In this document: positions 37,841-49,299 of the stretch, one piece after another | Layout of the letters: every line of letters starts with the position of its first letter | Position numbering within the stretch: position 1 is the stretch's first letter | Origin: Chiloscyllium plagiosum | Lineage: Eukaryota | DNA length: 50,961 bases | NCBI RefSeq assembly: GCF_004010195.1 | Contig: NC_057753.1 | Span: 3,164,502-3,215,462, forward strand | Reading direction: 5' to 3' | Translations under genes and position numbers: made by a program | The notes under the pieces: model-generated | Told to the model about the DNA's origin: nothing | Seen by the model: only the letters and a program-made list of their open reading frames with translations | The model's database searches: none

Positions 37841-38130
37841 CTGATTGGTCGAAGCAACAGCACGCGCCTTCAGTCCGCCGGCCCCGCTCCTTCATTCCGC
37901 CTGATTGGTTGGAGGACCTCCGCCCCTTAAAGCGTGCTGACTGATTGGAGGACCTCCCACCCGCGTTCTGTCCTCCAGCTCCTCCCCCCCTTTCCCACTC
38001 TGATTGGTTGGAGCAGCAAGTCACCGCCCCTATCTCCCGGCCAAACCTCCTTCTATTGGTGCCGAGCTGCCGTCAGTCACTTGGGTCCCCATGGTGATCC
38101 CCCGACCAGAGGGAGAGGGCGGGAGCTTCA
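37840..38130. promoter_or_regulatory. CCAAT/GC-box promoter-like cluster
   Basis: Five ATTGG boxes interleaved with GC boxes. Confidence 0.55.
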
Positions 38131-38326
38131 GGACTTGAAGGAGCCAGCCTTGGACTGGGGCAGACAAGCTTAAAAGTCAACGAGGAGCACTACCGCACTT
38201 AGGTGGTCGTGTGGGGGTAAAATTTTAAAAAAATATATAAACAAAGAAAAGAAAAAAAAAAGAATATAAACAGGAGGTTTTTTTTGTAAGCTGTTTGTTT
38301 AAAAAATAAAAAAAAATAAAAGTCAA

Positions 38327-39510
38327 CTTGGTAAAAACAATGACTGCAGATGCTGGAAACCAGATTCTGGATCAGTGTTGCTGGAAGAGCACAGCAGTTC
38401 AGGCAGCATCCAAGGAGCAGCGAAATCGACGTTTCGGGCAAAAGCCCTTCATCAGGAATAAAGGCAGTGAGCCTGAAGGGTGGAGAGATAAGCTAGAGGA
38501 GGGTGGGGATGGGGAGAGAGTAGCATAGAATACAATGGGTGATTGGGGGAGGGGATGAAGGTGATAGGTCAGGGAGGAGAGGGGTTGGGTCTGAGGGCGG
38601 AGGTGCGGGATGTGGATGAGATGCGATGGAGGGCATCTTTAACCACGTGGGAAGGGAAATTGCGGTCTCTAAAGAAGGAGGCCATCTGGTGTGTTCTATG
38701 GTGGAACTGCTCCTCCTGGGAGCAGATACGGCGGAGGCGGAGGAATTGGGAATACGGGATGGCATTTTTGCAAGAGGTAGGGTGGGAAGAGGTGTAAGCC
38801 AGGTAGCTGTGGGAGTCGGTGGGGCTGTAAAAAATGTCAGTGTCAAGGCGGTCGTCACCAGGTAGCTGTGGGAGTCGGTGGGTTTGTAGAAAATGTCAGT
38901 GTCAAGTCGGTCGTTATTAATGGAGATGGAGAGGTCCAGGAAGGGGAGGGAGGTGTCAGAGATGGTCCAGGTAAATTTAATGTCAGGGTGGAATGTGTTG
39001 GTGAAGTTGATGAGTTGCTCAACCTCCTCGCGGGAGCACGGGGTGGCGCCAATGCAGTCATCAATGTAGCGGAGGAAGAGGTGGGGAGTGGTGCCGGTGT
39101 AATTACGGAAGATCAACTGCTCTACGTAGCCAACAAAGAGACAGGCATTGCTGGGGCCCATACGTGTGCCCATGGCTACTCCTTTGGTTTGGAGGAAGTG
39201 GGAGGATTCAAAGGAGAAATTGTTAAGGGTGAGGACCAGTTCGGCCTAACGAATGAGAGTGTCGGTGGAAGGGTACTGTTGGGGACGTCTGGAGAGGAAA
39301 AAACGGAGGGCTTGGAGGCCCTGGTCATGGCGGATGGAGGTGTAGAGGGATTGGATATCCATGGTGAAGATGAGGCGTTGGGGGCCGGGGAAACGGAAGT
39401 CTTGGAGGAGGTGGAGGGCATGGGTGGTGTCTCGAACGTATGTGGGGAGTTCCTGTACTAGGGGGGATATAACAGTGTCGAGGTAGGTAGAGATGAGTTC
39501 AGTGGGGCAG
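38327..39510 (-). mobile_element. PLE P1 reverse transcriptase fragment plus pLTR with intact HHR (38425-38459)
   Basis: FTMDIQSLYTSI, AMGTRMGPS, FLRYIDDCIG, PFLD, YKPTDSH; internal 59-bp duplication near 38799-38916; GIY-YIG deleted. Confidence 0.92.
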
Positions 39511-41240
39511 GAGTCACACAACACCAGGTTATAGTCCAACAGGTTTCTTTGAAAGCCCTCGAATTTCCATATTAAAGAGCCTAACCCAGCATATCCCATC
39601 CTAAAAGATGCAAGACTTGAACTAAGTTTGTTTAATATAATCCCTGTAACCCTTTTGCTATAAATGCTGTGTCCTCTGGTCCAGTTCCACCACCGCCTGA
39701 TGAAGGGGCAGCACCTCGAAAGCTAGTGCTTCCAAATAAAGTTTAAAAAAACATCACACAACACCGGGGCTAGAGTCCAACAGGTTCATTTGGAAGCACT
39801 AGCTTTCGGAGCGCTGCTCCTTCATCAGATGGTTGTGGAGGTTAAGATCGTTCTCACAGAATTTAGAGCCAATGGAGTCCAGTGTCAGGGAGTCAGGATT
39901 TGGAGGTGCTGGTGTTGGACTGGGGTGTGCAAAGTTTAAAATCACACAACACCAGGTTATAGTCCAACAGGTTTAATTGGAAGCACTAGCTTTCGGAGCG
40001 CCGCTCCTTCGTTAAGTGATAGTGGAATAGGACTATAAGACAGAATGTAGTGTAACAGGATTGCAATGTCATATTAGTAAACTATTTTAGCTTGAGTCTT
40101 TCATCTTTTAGAATGTTTTGGAGGTGCCAGTGTTGGGCTGGGATGTACAAAGTTAAAAATCACAACACATCAGGTGATAGCTCAACAGCTTTATTTGAAA
40201 CCACTAACGTTCGGAGCGCTGCTCCTTCAGCAAGTGATTGTGGAGTATAAGATCATATATCACAGAATTAATCGCAAAGGTTTACAGTGTGATGTAACTG
40301 AAATGATACTTTGAAAAGGACCTTGATTGTTTGTTAAGTCACTCATCTTTTCGAATGACCACGTTGGTTTCAGTTCTTTCAAATGTAAATCCCAGAACCT
40401 GTTTTTAAAGTTATATTCTCAAGTGAACTTTAACAATAGGTGCCATGTTGTCTGCAAAAGCTAGTGCCCCCATATAAACCTGTTGGACTATAACCTGGTG
40501 TTGTGTGATTTTTAACTTTGTCCACCCCAGTCCAACTCCGGCACCCCCGTATCATATCTTGAGAATGCAATTTAAAAGAAGTTCTGGTGTTTACATATGA
40601 AAGAACAGAAAGCAGCTTATCCCATTATAAAAGATGAATGTTTTTATCTAAGCTGGTTTACTGTATCACATCTCCATGACACTGGACTCCTTTGACTATA
40701 AATTCTGTGACTATGATCTTATTCTCCACAACCACCTGATGAAGGAGCAGCGCTCTGAAAGCTAGTGCTTCCAAATAAACCTGTTGGACTATAACCTGGT
40801 GTGGTGTGATTTTTAACATTCTTAAGTTAACTCAGCTTTTTAAACAATACCTGTGAAATCTCTGTGAGCGTCCCAATGTTGAGATAGACTAACAAGACCT
40901 CTGCATAGTTTTACAGAGTTTTACATGGATTGGGGCAAAATAAAATGTAATTCTACAAAAACAAGTTCACCCCATTAGCTTATATGTAGGAGCGACAGAT
41001 TGAGTGTGCGCATGTGGGTGTTAGTGCACATCATTGATTGAGTGTGTAGGCTTAGTTAAGTGTGTGTGCGAGTGTGATGGGGTATGTGTGAGAGGGTGCG
41101 TCTGCTGGTGTGAGTGCAGGGGGTGTAAGTGCATATGAGAGAGAGCTTGTGTGTGAAGGACGGTTTGCATGGGTATGTGAGTGTGTGTCTGTGTGAGAGA
41201 GAGAGAGAGAGTGTATTGTGCAGTGGGGTCACCTGCAGTA
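39511..41240. mobile_element. Dense stack of PLE P2 pLTR/3' fragments in both orientations
   Basis: At least seven partial pLTRs; HHR cores near 39698, 39800, 39985, 40205 and 40736. Confidence 0.85.
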
Positions 41241-41749
41241 CAGTAAAATGTTTTGTGTGCAGTATGAGCAGATCATAACGTGCTTAGACAGAGTGAGGCA
41301 TGCAAGGTTACGGCTACACAGGAAGTGCACAAAAGCATGATCAACATTTGACTTCAAATGGGAAAGGTCCATTCAGAAGTCTAATGACAGTGGTAAAGAA
41401 GCTGTTGAAAAATGTGTTGCTGGAAAAGCGCAGCAGGTCAGGCAGCATCCAAGGAGCAGGAGAATCAACGTTTCGGGTATAAGCCCTTCTTCAGGAATGA
41501 AAGAAGCTGTTGTTGAACCTCTTGGCACATGTGTTTAAGCTTCTGTACCTTCTGCCTTGACGGAAGAGTTTGGAAGAGAGTATTAGCAGGGTGGGGAGCT
41601 TCTTTGATGATGTTGTCTGCCTCTCTGTGGCAAAGGAAGGTGGAGTTTATGATGATGATGCTCCTTTAACAAGGTTATGTTGTCCTTGGCTTTCTTTCTC
41701 CAGAGAGGTCATTAAAAACACAGACTCTGAAAAGTCTAAGTTCGAAGGG

Positions 41750-42092
41750 CTTTAGGGCCAGACAAAGATATGCACGAGAATTCCTGGAAGCATGGCGTTC
41801 CAACCGGAACTCTAACAACAAACACATCGAGTTAGACCCCATCTACCACCCCCTGAGAAAAGAAACAGGAAGTAACTTCACCACAGGAAATAACATCGCC
41901 ACAGGAAATGACATCACCAACCCAAAGATAGAAATAGAAAGCAGGAATTTTTAGCAGTGCTTCGCCCAGAGGCCCACTGAAGATGTTACCTAGTAGGGTG
42001 ACGAACCGTCTGGAAATTAACCTTCCAGCTCAGCGAGCAATCTGACATCCAAAACCTCAACCTGAGCTACAAATCTTCTCAAAACTCGTTAA
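41750..42092 (+). mobile_element. PLE P3 GIY-YIG end plus pLTR
   Basis: AREFLEAWRS; HHR near 41976-42012 with GAAA-to-GAAC change. Confidence 0.82.
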
Positions 42093-42545
42093 GGCTTTAG
42101 GGTCAATTTGATTATAACCAAAAGATACTGACTCAGGCAAAAGGCGTCCAAGATTAAAACAGACACTTGCATAATGAAAGGGGGAGCGGCCAGTTTTTCC
42201 AGGTCAGCTTTTGTCTGGTTTAGTCTGGCTATTCACTGAAAGCTGTCGGGCAGTGTTGAAAGCTGCTAGATTCAAAGAAGCAGGTTCATGCTAGTAATCT
42301 CTCTCGGAATTCTCTCCTGGAAGACCCTGGGTTTGATTTTATCTGTTGTGCCGTGGGACGTTTATGGGCGTTGTTGCAAGTATTGGGGGCAGCATCATTA
42401 AGTTAGTGTAATCTGCTGGGTTTTTGGATGGGTTAAGTTATCCACTTTCGTTTTGTTTGTGTTTCATCGGGTAATGGAGTAAGTCAATTCTGTTTTGTTT
42501 AAAATGAAGGGGTTTGACCAGCTGCATCCCTCCTGGCTTAGAACA
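42093..42545 (+). mobile_element. Probable LTR fragment
   Basis: LTR-like composition only; termini not resolved. Confidence 0.3.
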
Positions 42546-42557
42546 ACCAGCAGGGTT

Positions 42558-43120
42558 CGGAGAAAGTGAGGACTGCAGATGCTGGAGAGTCAGAGTCGAG
42601 AATGTGGTGCTGGAAAAGCACAGCAAGTCAGGCAGCATCCGAGGAGCAGGAGAATCGGCGTTTCGGGCAAAAGCCCTTCATCAGGATTGAGGCTGGTGAG
42701 CCGATAGGGTAACGGGATAAATGGGAGGGAGGTGGGAGTGGAGCTGGGGAGGAAGGTAGCTTCAACTCCCCCTCCCACTCAGCCAAGGACACGCAGGTCC
42801 TGGGCCTCCTCCATTGCCACTTCCTAACCACCTGAATCCTGAAGGAAGATCGCCTCATCTTCCGCCTTGGGACCCTCCAACCCCACGGCATCGAAGTGGA
42901 TTTCACCGGTTTCCTCATTTCCCCTACCCCCCTACCTAACCCCAGATCAAACCTTCTATTTGGACACCACCTTGATGACCTGTCCATCTTTCTTCCCACC
43001 TATCCGCTCCACCCTCCTTTCCGACCTATCGCCGTCAGCTCCCACCTCCATTTACCTATCGCATTCCCAGGTATCTTCCCCCTCCAACGCCCCCCCCACC
43101 CCCCCCCTCCCCTTTATCTC
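42558..43120. mobile_element. PLE P1 inverted pLTR plus ORF end
   Basis: Minus-strand pLTR at 42558-42760; plus-strand LIFRLGTLQPHGIEVDF. Confidence 0.82.
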
Positions 43121-43184
43121 TCTGAGCAAAAGTTACTTTCTCGAAATGTTTTGAGGGGGTCTGGCCCAGTCCGTGACAAAAGGT

Positions 43185-43420
43185 GAACCACAGATGGGAG
43201 GTTGGCTTGCGTGACGGCCTGGCTTGTGTTCACAGCCCTCCATAGTTTCTTACGGTCCTAGGCAGAGCAGTTGCCATACCAGGCTGCGATGCATCCAAAT
43301 AGAGTGGTTTCCGTGATGTGTCTCTAAACGTTGGTGAGGGCACTGTTCAGTCATGCCAAACCTCCTGAGCCTCCAAAGGAAGAAGAAGTGTTGTTATTGA
43401 CCATCGCGTCTGCCTGGGTG
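43185..43420 (-). mobile_element. Rex1/Babar-like LINE fragment; probable continuation at 41250-41650
   Basis: FLWRLRRFGM...GCIAAWYGNCSA on the minus strand. Confidence 0.7.
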
Positions 43421-43434
43421 GTTATCATCACTCC

Positions 43435-44830
43435 TGTATTCTGAAGATGTGGGTGTATCTTAAGAGAGTTAAAAGTAGCAGAACTAGCACCAAGTATCCT
43501 CAATAAGGCAACAACGTAACACTTGCTCGAACAACTCGGTTAGCTCGTTGCCTGGAGACAAAAACAATTCGAGGCTGGAATCGAACCCAGATCCCTGTTG
43601 CTTTAACAGTGACCCTTCTGCACCCAGCCTTCCACCAGTACCAGCTCACCAAGCTGAAAATGACTCTGTTTACTGTCCACCAGCCAGTCCTGTGTCCTCC
43701 ACAGATTCCCTACAGTGTCAAAACAGGCCCTTCGGCCCAGCATATCCACACCCACCCTCAAAAGAGTAACGCAAGCGGACCCATTCCCCTACCCTATTGC
43801 CTCTGACTAACGTACCTAATCCACACACCCCAAAACAATATGGGGCAATTTTTCATTACTCCTATGTACTTTAAGAGCGTCAAAAGCAGCAGAACTACCG
43901 GACACAGCACTAAGTGTTCTCAATAAGGCAACAATGTAAACTTGCTTGAACACTCATGGTGACTCAGTGATCAGCACTGCTGCCTCACAGCACCAGGGTC
44001 TCAGGTTCGATTCCAGCCTCGGGCGACTGTCAGTGTGGAGTTTGCACATTCTGCCCGTATCTGCGTGGGTTTTCTCCGGGTGCTCCGGTTTCCTCCCACA
44101 GTCCAAAGATGTGCAGGTCAGGTGATTTGGCCATGCTAAATCGCCCATAGTATTAGGTGCATTGTCAGAGGGAAATGGGTCTGGGTGGGTTACTCTTTGG
44201 AGGGTCGATGTGGACTGGTTGGGCCGAAGGGCCTGTTTCCACACTGTAGGGAATCTAGTCTAATCACATCTAAACTCGATTAGCTCGTTGCCTGGAGAAA
44301 AAAAAAAATCTGAATTCAGCCAATCAGTTTAAATTATACCCCAAAAAATATCAAACTCCAATCCAGTTTGAATTTCACATACTGACAATCTTAAAAGCCA
44401 ATGATACAAACTGATGCAATGGGGGTATAAGACCCGGGAAAATTGAACAGTTGGGAGGAGAACCTCCAAGCATGTAACCAGACTGCCTGAAAAATAGCTC
44501 TCTCTTAAAAGTGCCTTTTCGATCAGTAACCTGTGACGCAGAGATTCCCAACAAGGAGGAAAGAAGACACAGGAAGATCCAAATAGAAGAACGAAAGCTG
44601 CCTGGTTTTGAGATAATGTGGTTTTGTAAATCTTGACTGGGAGTTTTATCGGACTAGTATTATAGAAGGGAAGGTAACAGATAGGTTTGAGAAAGAAATA
44701 GTGGTTAGTTCATTATTCTCCGTTATACTTTAAGAAATAACATTGTTAATTTTTACTTTAAACAGTTCTTGGCCACTCGAATTTTTACAGATTACTTGCA
44801 TGGGATAAATCTTTTCTGTGTTATGCTTAG
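43435..44830 (+). mobile_element. LTR family B pieces (duplicated 5' part) with SINE insertions, including HE1 at 43955-44265 (+)
   Basis: CTCAATAAGGCAACAA repeated at about 43499 and 43919; TATA-like GGTATAAGA; similar to 29527-30213. Confidence 0.6.
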
Positions 44831-45009
44831 TACCTTCAGGTTGCAGTATCCAGTCAGAATTCTGCCTGTCCACAAAGGGACCAAAGCACACTGGGTTGGG
44901 AAGTGTCAGACTGGGCCGAAGTGGGTACTGCGGATGCTGGAGATTAGAGTCAGGTTTAGAGTGGTGTTGGAAAAGCACAGCAGATTTGTGATGGGTCCCT
45001 GTGAGCATC

Positions 45010-45415
45010 AGCTAGGAGAGAGTGAGGACTGCAGATGCTGGAGATCAGACTCGAACAGAGGTGATTTCAATGGGACAGGAGCAGGCTGAGGCAATGGGTC
45101 GACTGGGGAGGTCAGATTTGTGAATCTTCGGTAGGTGGCAGAATCGGGCAGTGTGGAGTTCATGGACGATGAGGTTGGAGACTCTAAATGGGAGATTGCC
45201 AGACGTGATGAGGTTGCAAATGGTCTGGGAGATGATGCTTTGGCAATAGGACGTGAAGTCATGGTGGAAGGGCCAGTAGGAGGAGGTATCTGCGATTTGG
45301 CGCCTGGCTTTAGCAGTGTAGAGATTGATGCGCCGATCTACCACTGTCCCCGCCACCCCCCGGTCTGCGGGTTTGATGTTGAGACTGGGGTTGGAGCATA
45401 GGGAATGGAGGGCAG
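45010..45415 (-). mobile_element. PLE P1 RT N-terminal fragment
   Basis: NIKPADRG...LPKIHKSDLPSRPIASAC. Confidence 0.8.
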
Positions 45416-45419
45416 GAGG

Positions 45420-45605
45420 TTTACCATGGCTCACCCACCTAGCCATCTTTGGACTGTGGGAGGAAACTAGGGGACCCAGGGGGGACCTGCAGACTCAGGA
45501 AGAATGTGCAAACGTGTCCCCCAAAGATTAGTCCCTCAAAGCTGGAATCGAACCCAGATCCCTGGTGTTGTGAGGCAGCAGTGTGAACCAATCAGCCACC
45601 ATGCC
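45420..45605 (-). mobile_element. Diverged HE1-like SINE 5' part, followed by an old CR1 3' end (45640-45940, +)
   Basis: Head and V-domain match. Confidence 0.7.
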
Positions 45606-46028
45606 ATCCAATGCATGAGGAGGGCAGGTAAGAGAAACCCGTAAAATTCTGGAGTAAATGCATAAATGAGACCGAATGCATAAATGAGACCCAGAGACCG
45701 AAGAATCCAGATAGGGATCACAGTTTAACGGTATGCAATTTAGGAATGAAATTATGAGAAATTTCTTCACCCAGAGAAAGGCGAGCATGTGGAATCCTCA
45801 GCCATAGAAGTGGCTCAAGCCAAAACATTGAACGTTTTCAAAATGGAGTGAGATATACATTTTAGAGCTAAAGAGATCAAAAGATACGGGCAGAAAGCCG
45901 GAACAAGACATTGAGTTGGATGACCAGCCATGATTATATTGGCAATGTTAAAAATCACACAACACCAGGTTCTACTCCAATAGGATTATTTGGAAATACT
46001 AGCTTTCAGAGAGCCGCTCCTTCATCAG

Positions 46029-46573
46029 TGTTAGAAACGAAAATCGCTTCTCAATAATCGCTCTAGACAAATTCAGGAAAGCAAAGTTTTATTAGCAAGT
46101 CTGCAGAGTTGGGCACTCTTCTGAGAAAAGCGCGCCGAGGCTAACAATGTCTTCTGATTAAATACAGGACAAGTCCCTCCCCTCTGTGGCTCTAAAGAGT
46201 CACGAGGTTCACATTCTAAACCGTTCAGCAATTTTCCATTCTATATCCTTATCTTAAAGTCTATAGCAGATGTCCCCCGAGTTGTTTTTTCTTTTTACCC
46301 TGTAGTCTTATCAGTCAAGGACTTATTCTTCTCTGTCAGAGTTAGTGGTCCTATTAATCAAGGACTTGTTTTTTTATTCTGTGTGAGTGGTCTTATCAAT
46401 CAAGGACTTGTTTTTCTACTCTGTCAATGTGAGTGGTCTTATCAACCCGTAGCGGCAGATGTCTCGTCTTTTATTACAGAGAAGCATGTTTTACCCTACC
46501 CCTATGGCTCTATTCCCCTTAGACTCTGAGGTCATGCACATCTCTGTTGTTTGTACCGAAATCGTCTCTCACA
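46029..46573 (-). mobile_element. Solo LTR family A (545 bp) inserted in a P2 pLTR
   Basis: TG...CA; perfect 5-bp TSD ATCAG; internal repeats of about 45-50 bp. Confidence 0.92.
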
Positions 46574-46734
46574 ATCAGGATCTTGGGACGTTGAATTTAT
46601 AGTAATTGCTTATGATCATGGTGGAGCAGCCTGAAAGAGATATAATGTTAACTGCTCCAATCTGAAGAACATGCAAAGAGGATCAAATCAACCACATGTG
46701 ATTGAATGGCAGCGCAGACTCGATGGGCTGAATG

Positions 46735-47220
46735 GCCCACCGCAGCGCGTGCGTCTGGCGGTCAACCACGCCCTACGAGTCACCGCGCAGGCGCATGGGA
46801 CACGACCGGAGCATGCGCAGTGCGACGCGCACGGTGCGGACACTCCGAGGGCGAGGAGGAGGTCACTTCGGCTCCATCGCCGGTGAGAGCGAGAGAGAGA
46901 GAGAAACACAACCAGGGAGGCTCCGTGAACGGGCAGCGGACGGAACAAACCCAGAGTCAGGCCCTGCCGTGCCCCGCGTTGGCGGTGAATCCGCCGGGTG
47001 GGGCGGCCCCCGGGCGACGCGGGCCCTGGGTGACGCGGGCCCTGGGTGACGGCGGCCATCTTCGTAAAGGGGGTGGAGGTGGGTTCGGGGGAAGCGACGG
47101 GCAGCGGGGCGCATGCGCGGGCCCGTGATGACGGCGGCCACCTTTGTAGAGGGGGCGGAGGCTGATTGGGTGAGGGGAGCGACGGGCAGCGGGGCGCATG
47201 CGCGGGCATCCCCGAACCAG
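46735..47220 (+). promoter_or_regulatory. CpG island with probable non-coding first exon
   Basis: Several NRF1 GCGCATGCGC-type sites, YY1 GCCATCTT, donor CCG|GTGAGA at 46882/46883. Confidence 0.65.
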
Positions 47221-47519
47221 CTCATGGAACGTTGTGCATGTCCCTTCCTGGACTTGTCTGGTAGGGGACACCATCAAGATCCTTTTATATGGAGAGGGAC
47301 TTGTGCACAGCAAAGCAAAACTGAAAATGCAGGAAGCGCTGGAATAAGCTCAGAAACTGGTGCAGGCCATTCAAGTAGTCACTAGCTGATGGGTGGCCTG
47401 AAGTCCTTCCTCCCATCTCTCCTTATGTTCTCCTATTAATATCCTGAAGACTTCAATCAGATCATTCCATGACCTTCCAAATTCAAGATGGAACATGCCT
47501 AATTTGTATGATCTCTCCT

Positions 47520-47843
47520 CGGTGGCTCAGTGGTTAGCACTGCTGCCTCACAGTGCCAGGGACCCAGGTTCAGTTTCAACCTCGGGGCGACTCTCTGTGT
47601 GGGGTTTCCACATTCTCCCCGTGTCTGCGTGGGTTTCCTCCCACAATTTAAAGATGTGCAGGTTAAGTGAATAGGCCATGCTAAATTGCCGATAGTGTTC
47701 AGGGATGTGTAGGTTAGGTGCACTTGTCAGGGCTAATTGTCGAACAATAGTGTAGGGAAATGGGTCTGGGTGGTTTACTCTTCGGAGGGTCAGTGTGGAC
47801 TTGTTGGGCTGAAGGGCCTGTTTCCACACTGCAGGGAATCTAA
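47520..47843 (+). mobile_element. HE1-like SINE; further partial copies at 48078-48267 and 49468-49624
   Basis: Head, V-domain, tail. Confidence 0.9.
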
Positions 47844-48526
47844 TTTGGAAAAAAAAAATTACCCCTGAAGTCCAGGCATCATTCAAGTAGGCTACATCAT
47901 ATTCTGAAAATGTGTTGCTGGAAAAGCGCAGCAGGTCAGGCAGCATCCAAGGAACAGGAGAATCGACGTTTCGGGCATAAGCCCTTCTTGTGAGGGAAGT
48001 GTGTCCAGCAGGCTAAGATAAAAGGTAGGGAGGAGGGACTTGGGGGAGGGGCTTTGGAAATGCGATAGGTGGAGGGAGCTCTGGTTTCCTCCCACTGTCC
48101 AAAGATGTGCAGGTTAGGTGAATTGGCCATGCTAAATTGCCTGTAGTGTTAGGTGCATTAGTTGGGGTAAATTAGGGGAATGGGTCTGGGTGGGTTGCTC
48201 TTCGGAGGATTGGTGTGGATTTGTTGGGCCGAAGGGCCTGTTTCCACACTGTAGGGAATCTAATCATAAAGGCCAGTGTCCTATCAGCTTTCTTGATTAT
48301 TGTCTGCACCTGTTTGTGCCAATTTAAAGATGTATACCTGAACACCCAAACCCTGAAGTCTCTGGATATCCATTGTGTTTAACTTCATACCGTCAGGCAG
48401 CATCTGTGAAAAAAGAAACTTATGTTTTGAATGATGAACAGTCATTGGAGTTGAAGATTTAGCCCTGATTTCCTCTATATGGATGCTGTTGGACCTGTTA
48501 GTGTTTTGCAGTGTTTTCTATTTTTG

Positions 48527-48968
48527 TGGTTGTGTTCGCCGAGCTGGGAATTTGTGTTGCAGATGTTTCGTCCCCTGTTTAGTGCTTGGGAGCCTCCTGT
48601 GAAGCGCTTCTGTGTTGTTTCCTCTGGCATTTATAGTGGTTTGTCCCTGCCGCTTCCGATTGTCAGTTCCAGCTGTCCGCTGCAGTGGCTGGTATATTGG
48701 GTCCAGGTCGATGTGTTCACTGATAGAATCAGTGGATGAATGCCATGCCTGTAGGAATTCCCTGGCTGTTCTCTGTTTGGCTTGTCCTATAATAGTAGTG
48801 TTGTCCCAGTCGAACTGCCGGAGGAAAGATCACAGACGCGCTTCACAGGAGGCTCCCAAGCACTGAGGATGTCACCGAGACAGGGGACGAAACGTCTGCA
48901 ACACAAATTCCCAGCTCGGCGAACAGAACCACAACAACGAGCACCCGAGCTCCAAATCTTCTCCCAAA
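48527..48968. mobile_element. PLE family P4 with inverted pLTRs
   Basis: 48527-48614 is inverted at 48831-48934; REFL.AWHS on the minus strand. Confidence 0.82.
48860..48899 (+). ncRNA. Minimal hammerhead ribozyme (P4)
   Basis: gca-CTGAGGA-tgtcacc-gagaca-ggggac-GAAAC-GTC-tgc. Confidence 0.75.
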
Positions 48969-49056
48969 CGTTTTCTATTTTCGTTTCCGATGTCCAGAAT
49001 TTGCAGTGTTTTGCTTTCTTTCAAGTGAAATGTTTGTTTCTTCTGAATTTCTGCAG

Positions 49057-49219
49057 AATAGTAGAAGATGATGATTTACAGCTGGAACTCTCAATCCAAG
49101 AGTCGTATCAAGATGTGACCGAGTCCCTCCATTCATCAGAACATGAATATCTTCAAGTTTGGAATTTTGTGGTGAAAAGATTTGTCATCTTTGGCTGTGA
49201 TCGAAGGCGTCAGCGAAGA
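49057..49219 (+). other. Candidate internal exon
   Basis: Pyrimidine tract + CTGCAG acceptor, AGA|GTAAGA donor, open acidic frame IVEDDDLQLELSIQESYQDVTESL. Confidence 0.4.
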
Positions 49220-49299
49220 GTAAGAGTAACTAATTGGTGGAGGGCCAACTTCAATGGGCTAGGAATGATTCTGACCCACGTATATTGGAATCAAGTCTG

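Noticed and set aside
37319..37944. Repetitive protein ORFs
   Set aside because: Open in several frames because the minisatellite unit lacks stops; 67-bp units shift frame
38493..39599. Active reverse transcriptase or TERT-like gene
   Set aside because: PLE RT that is 5'-truncated, frameshifted, internally duplicated and lacks the endonuclease
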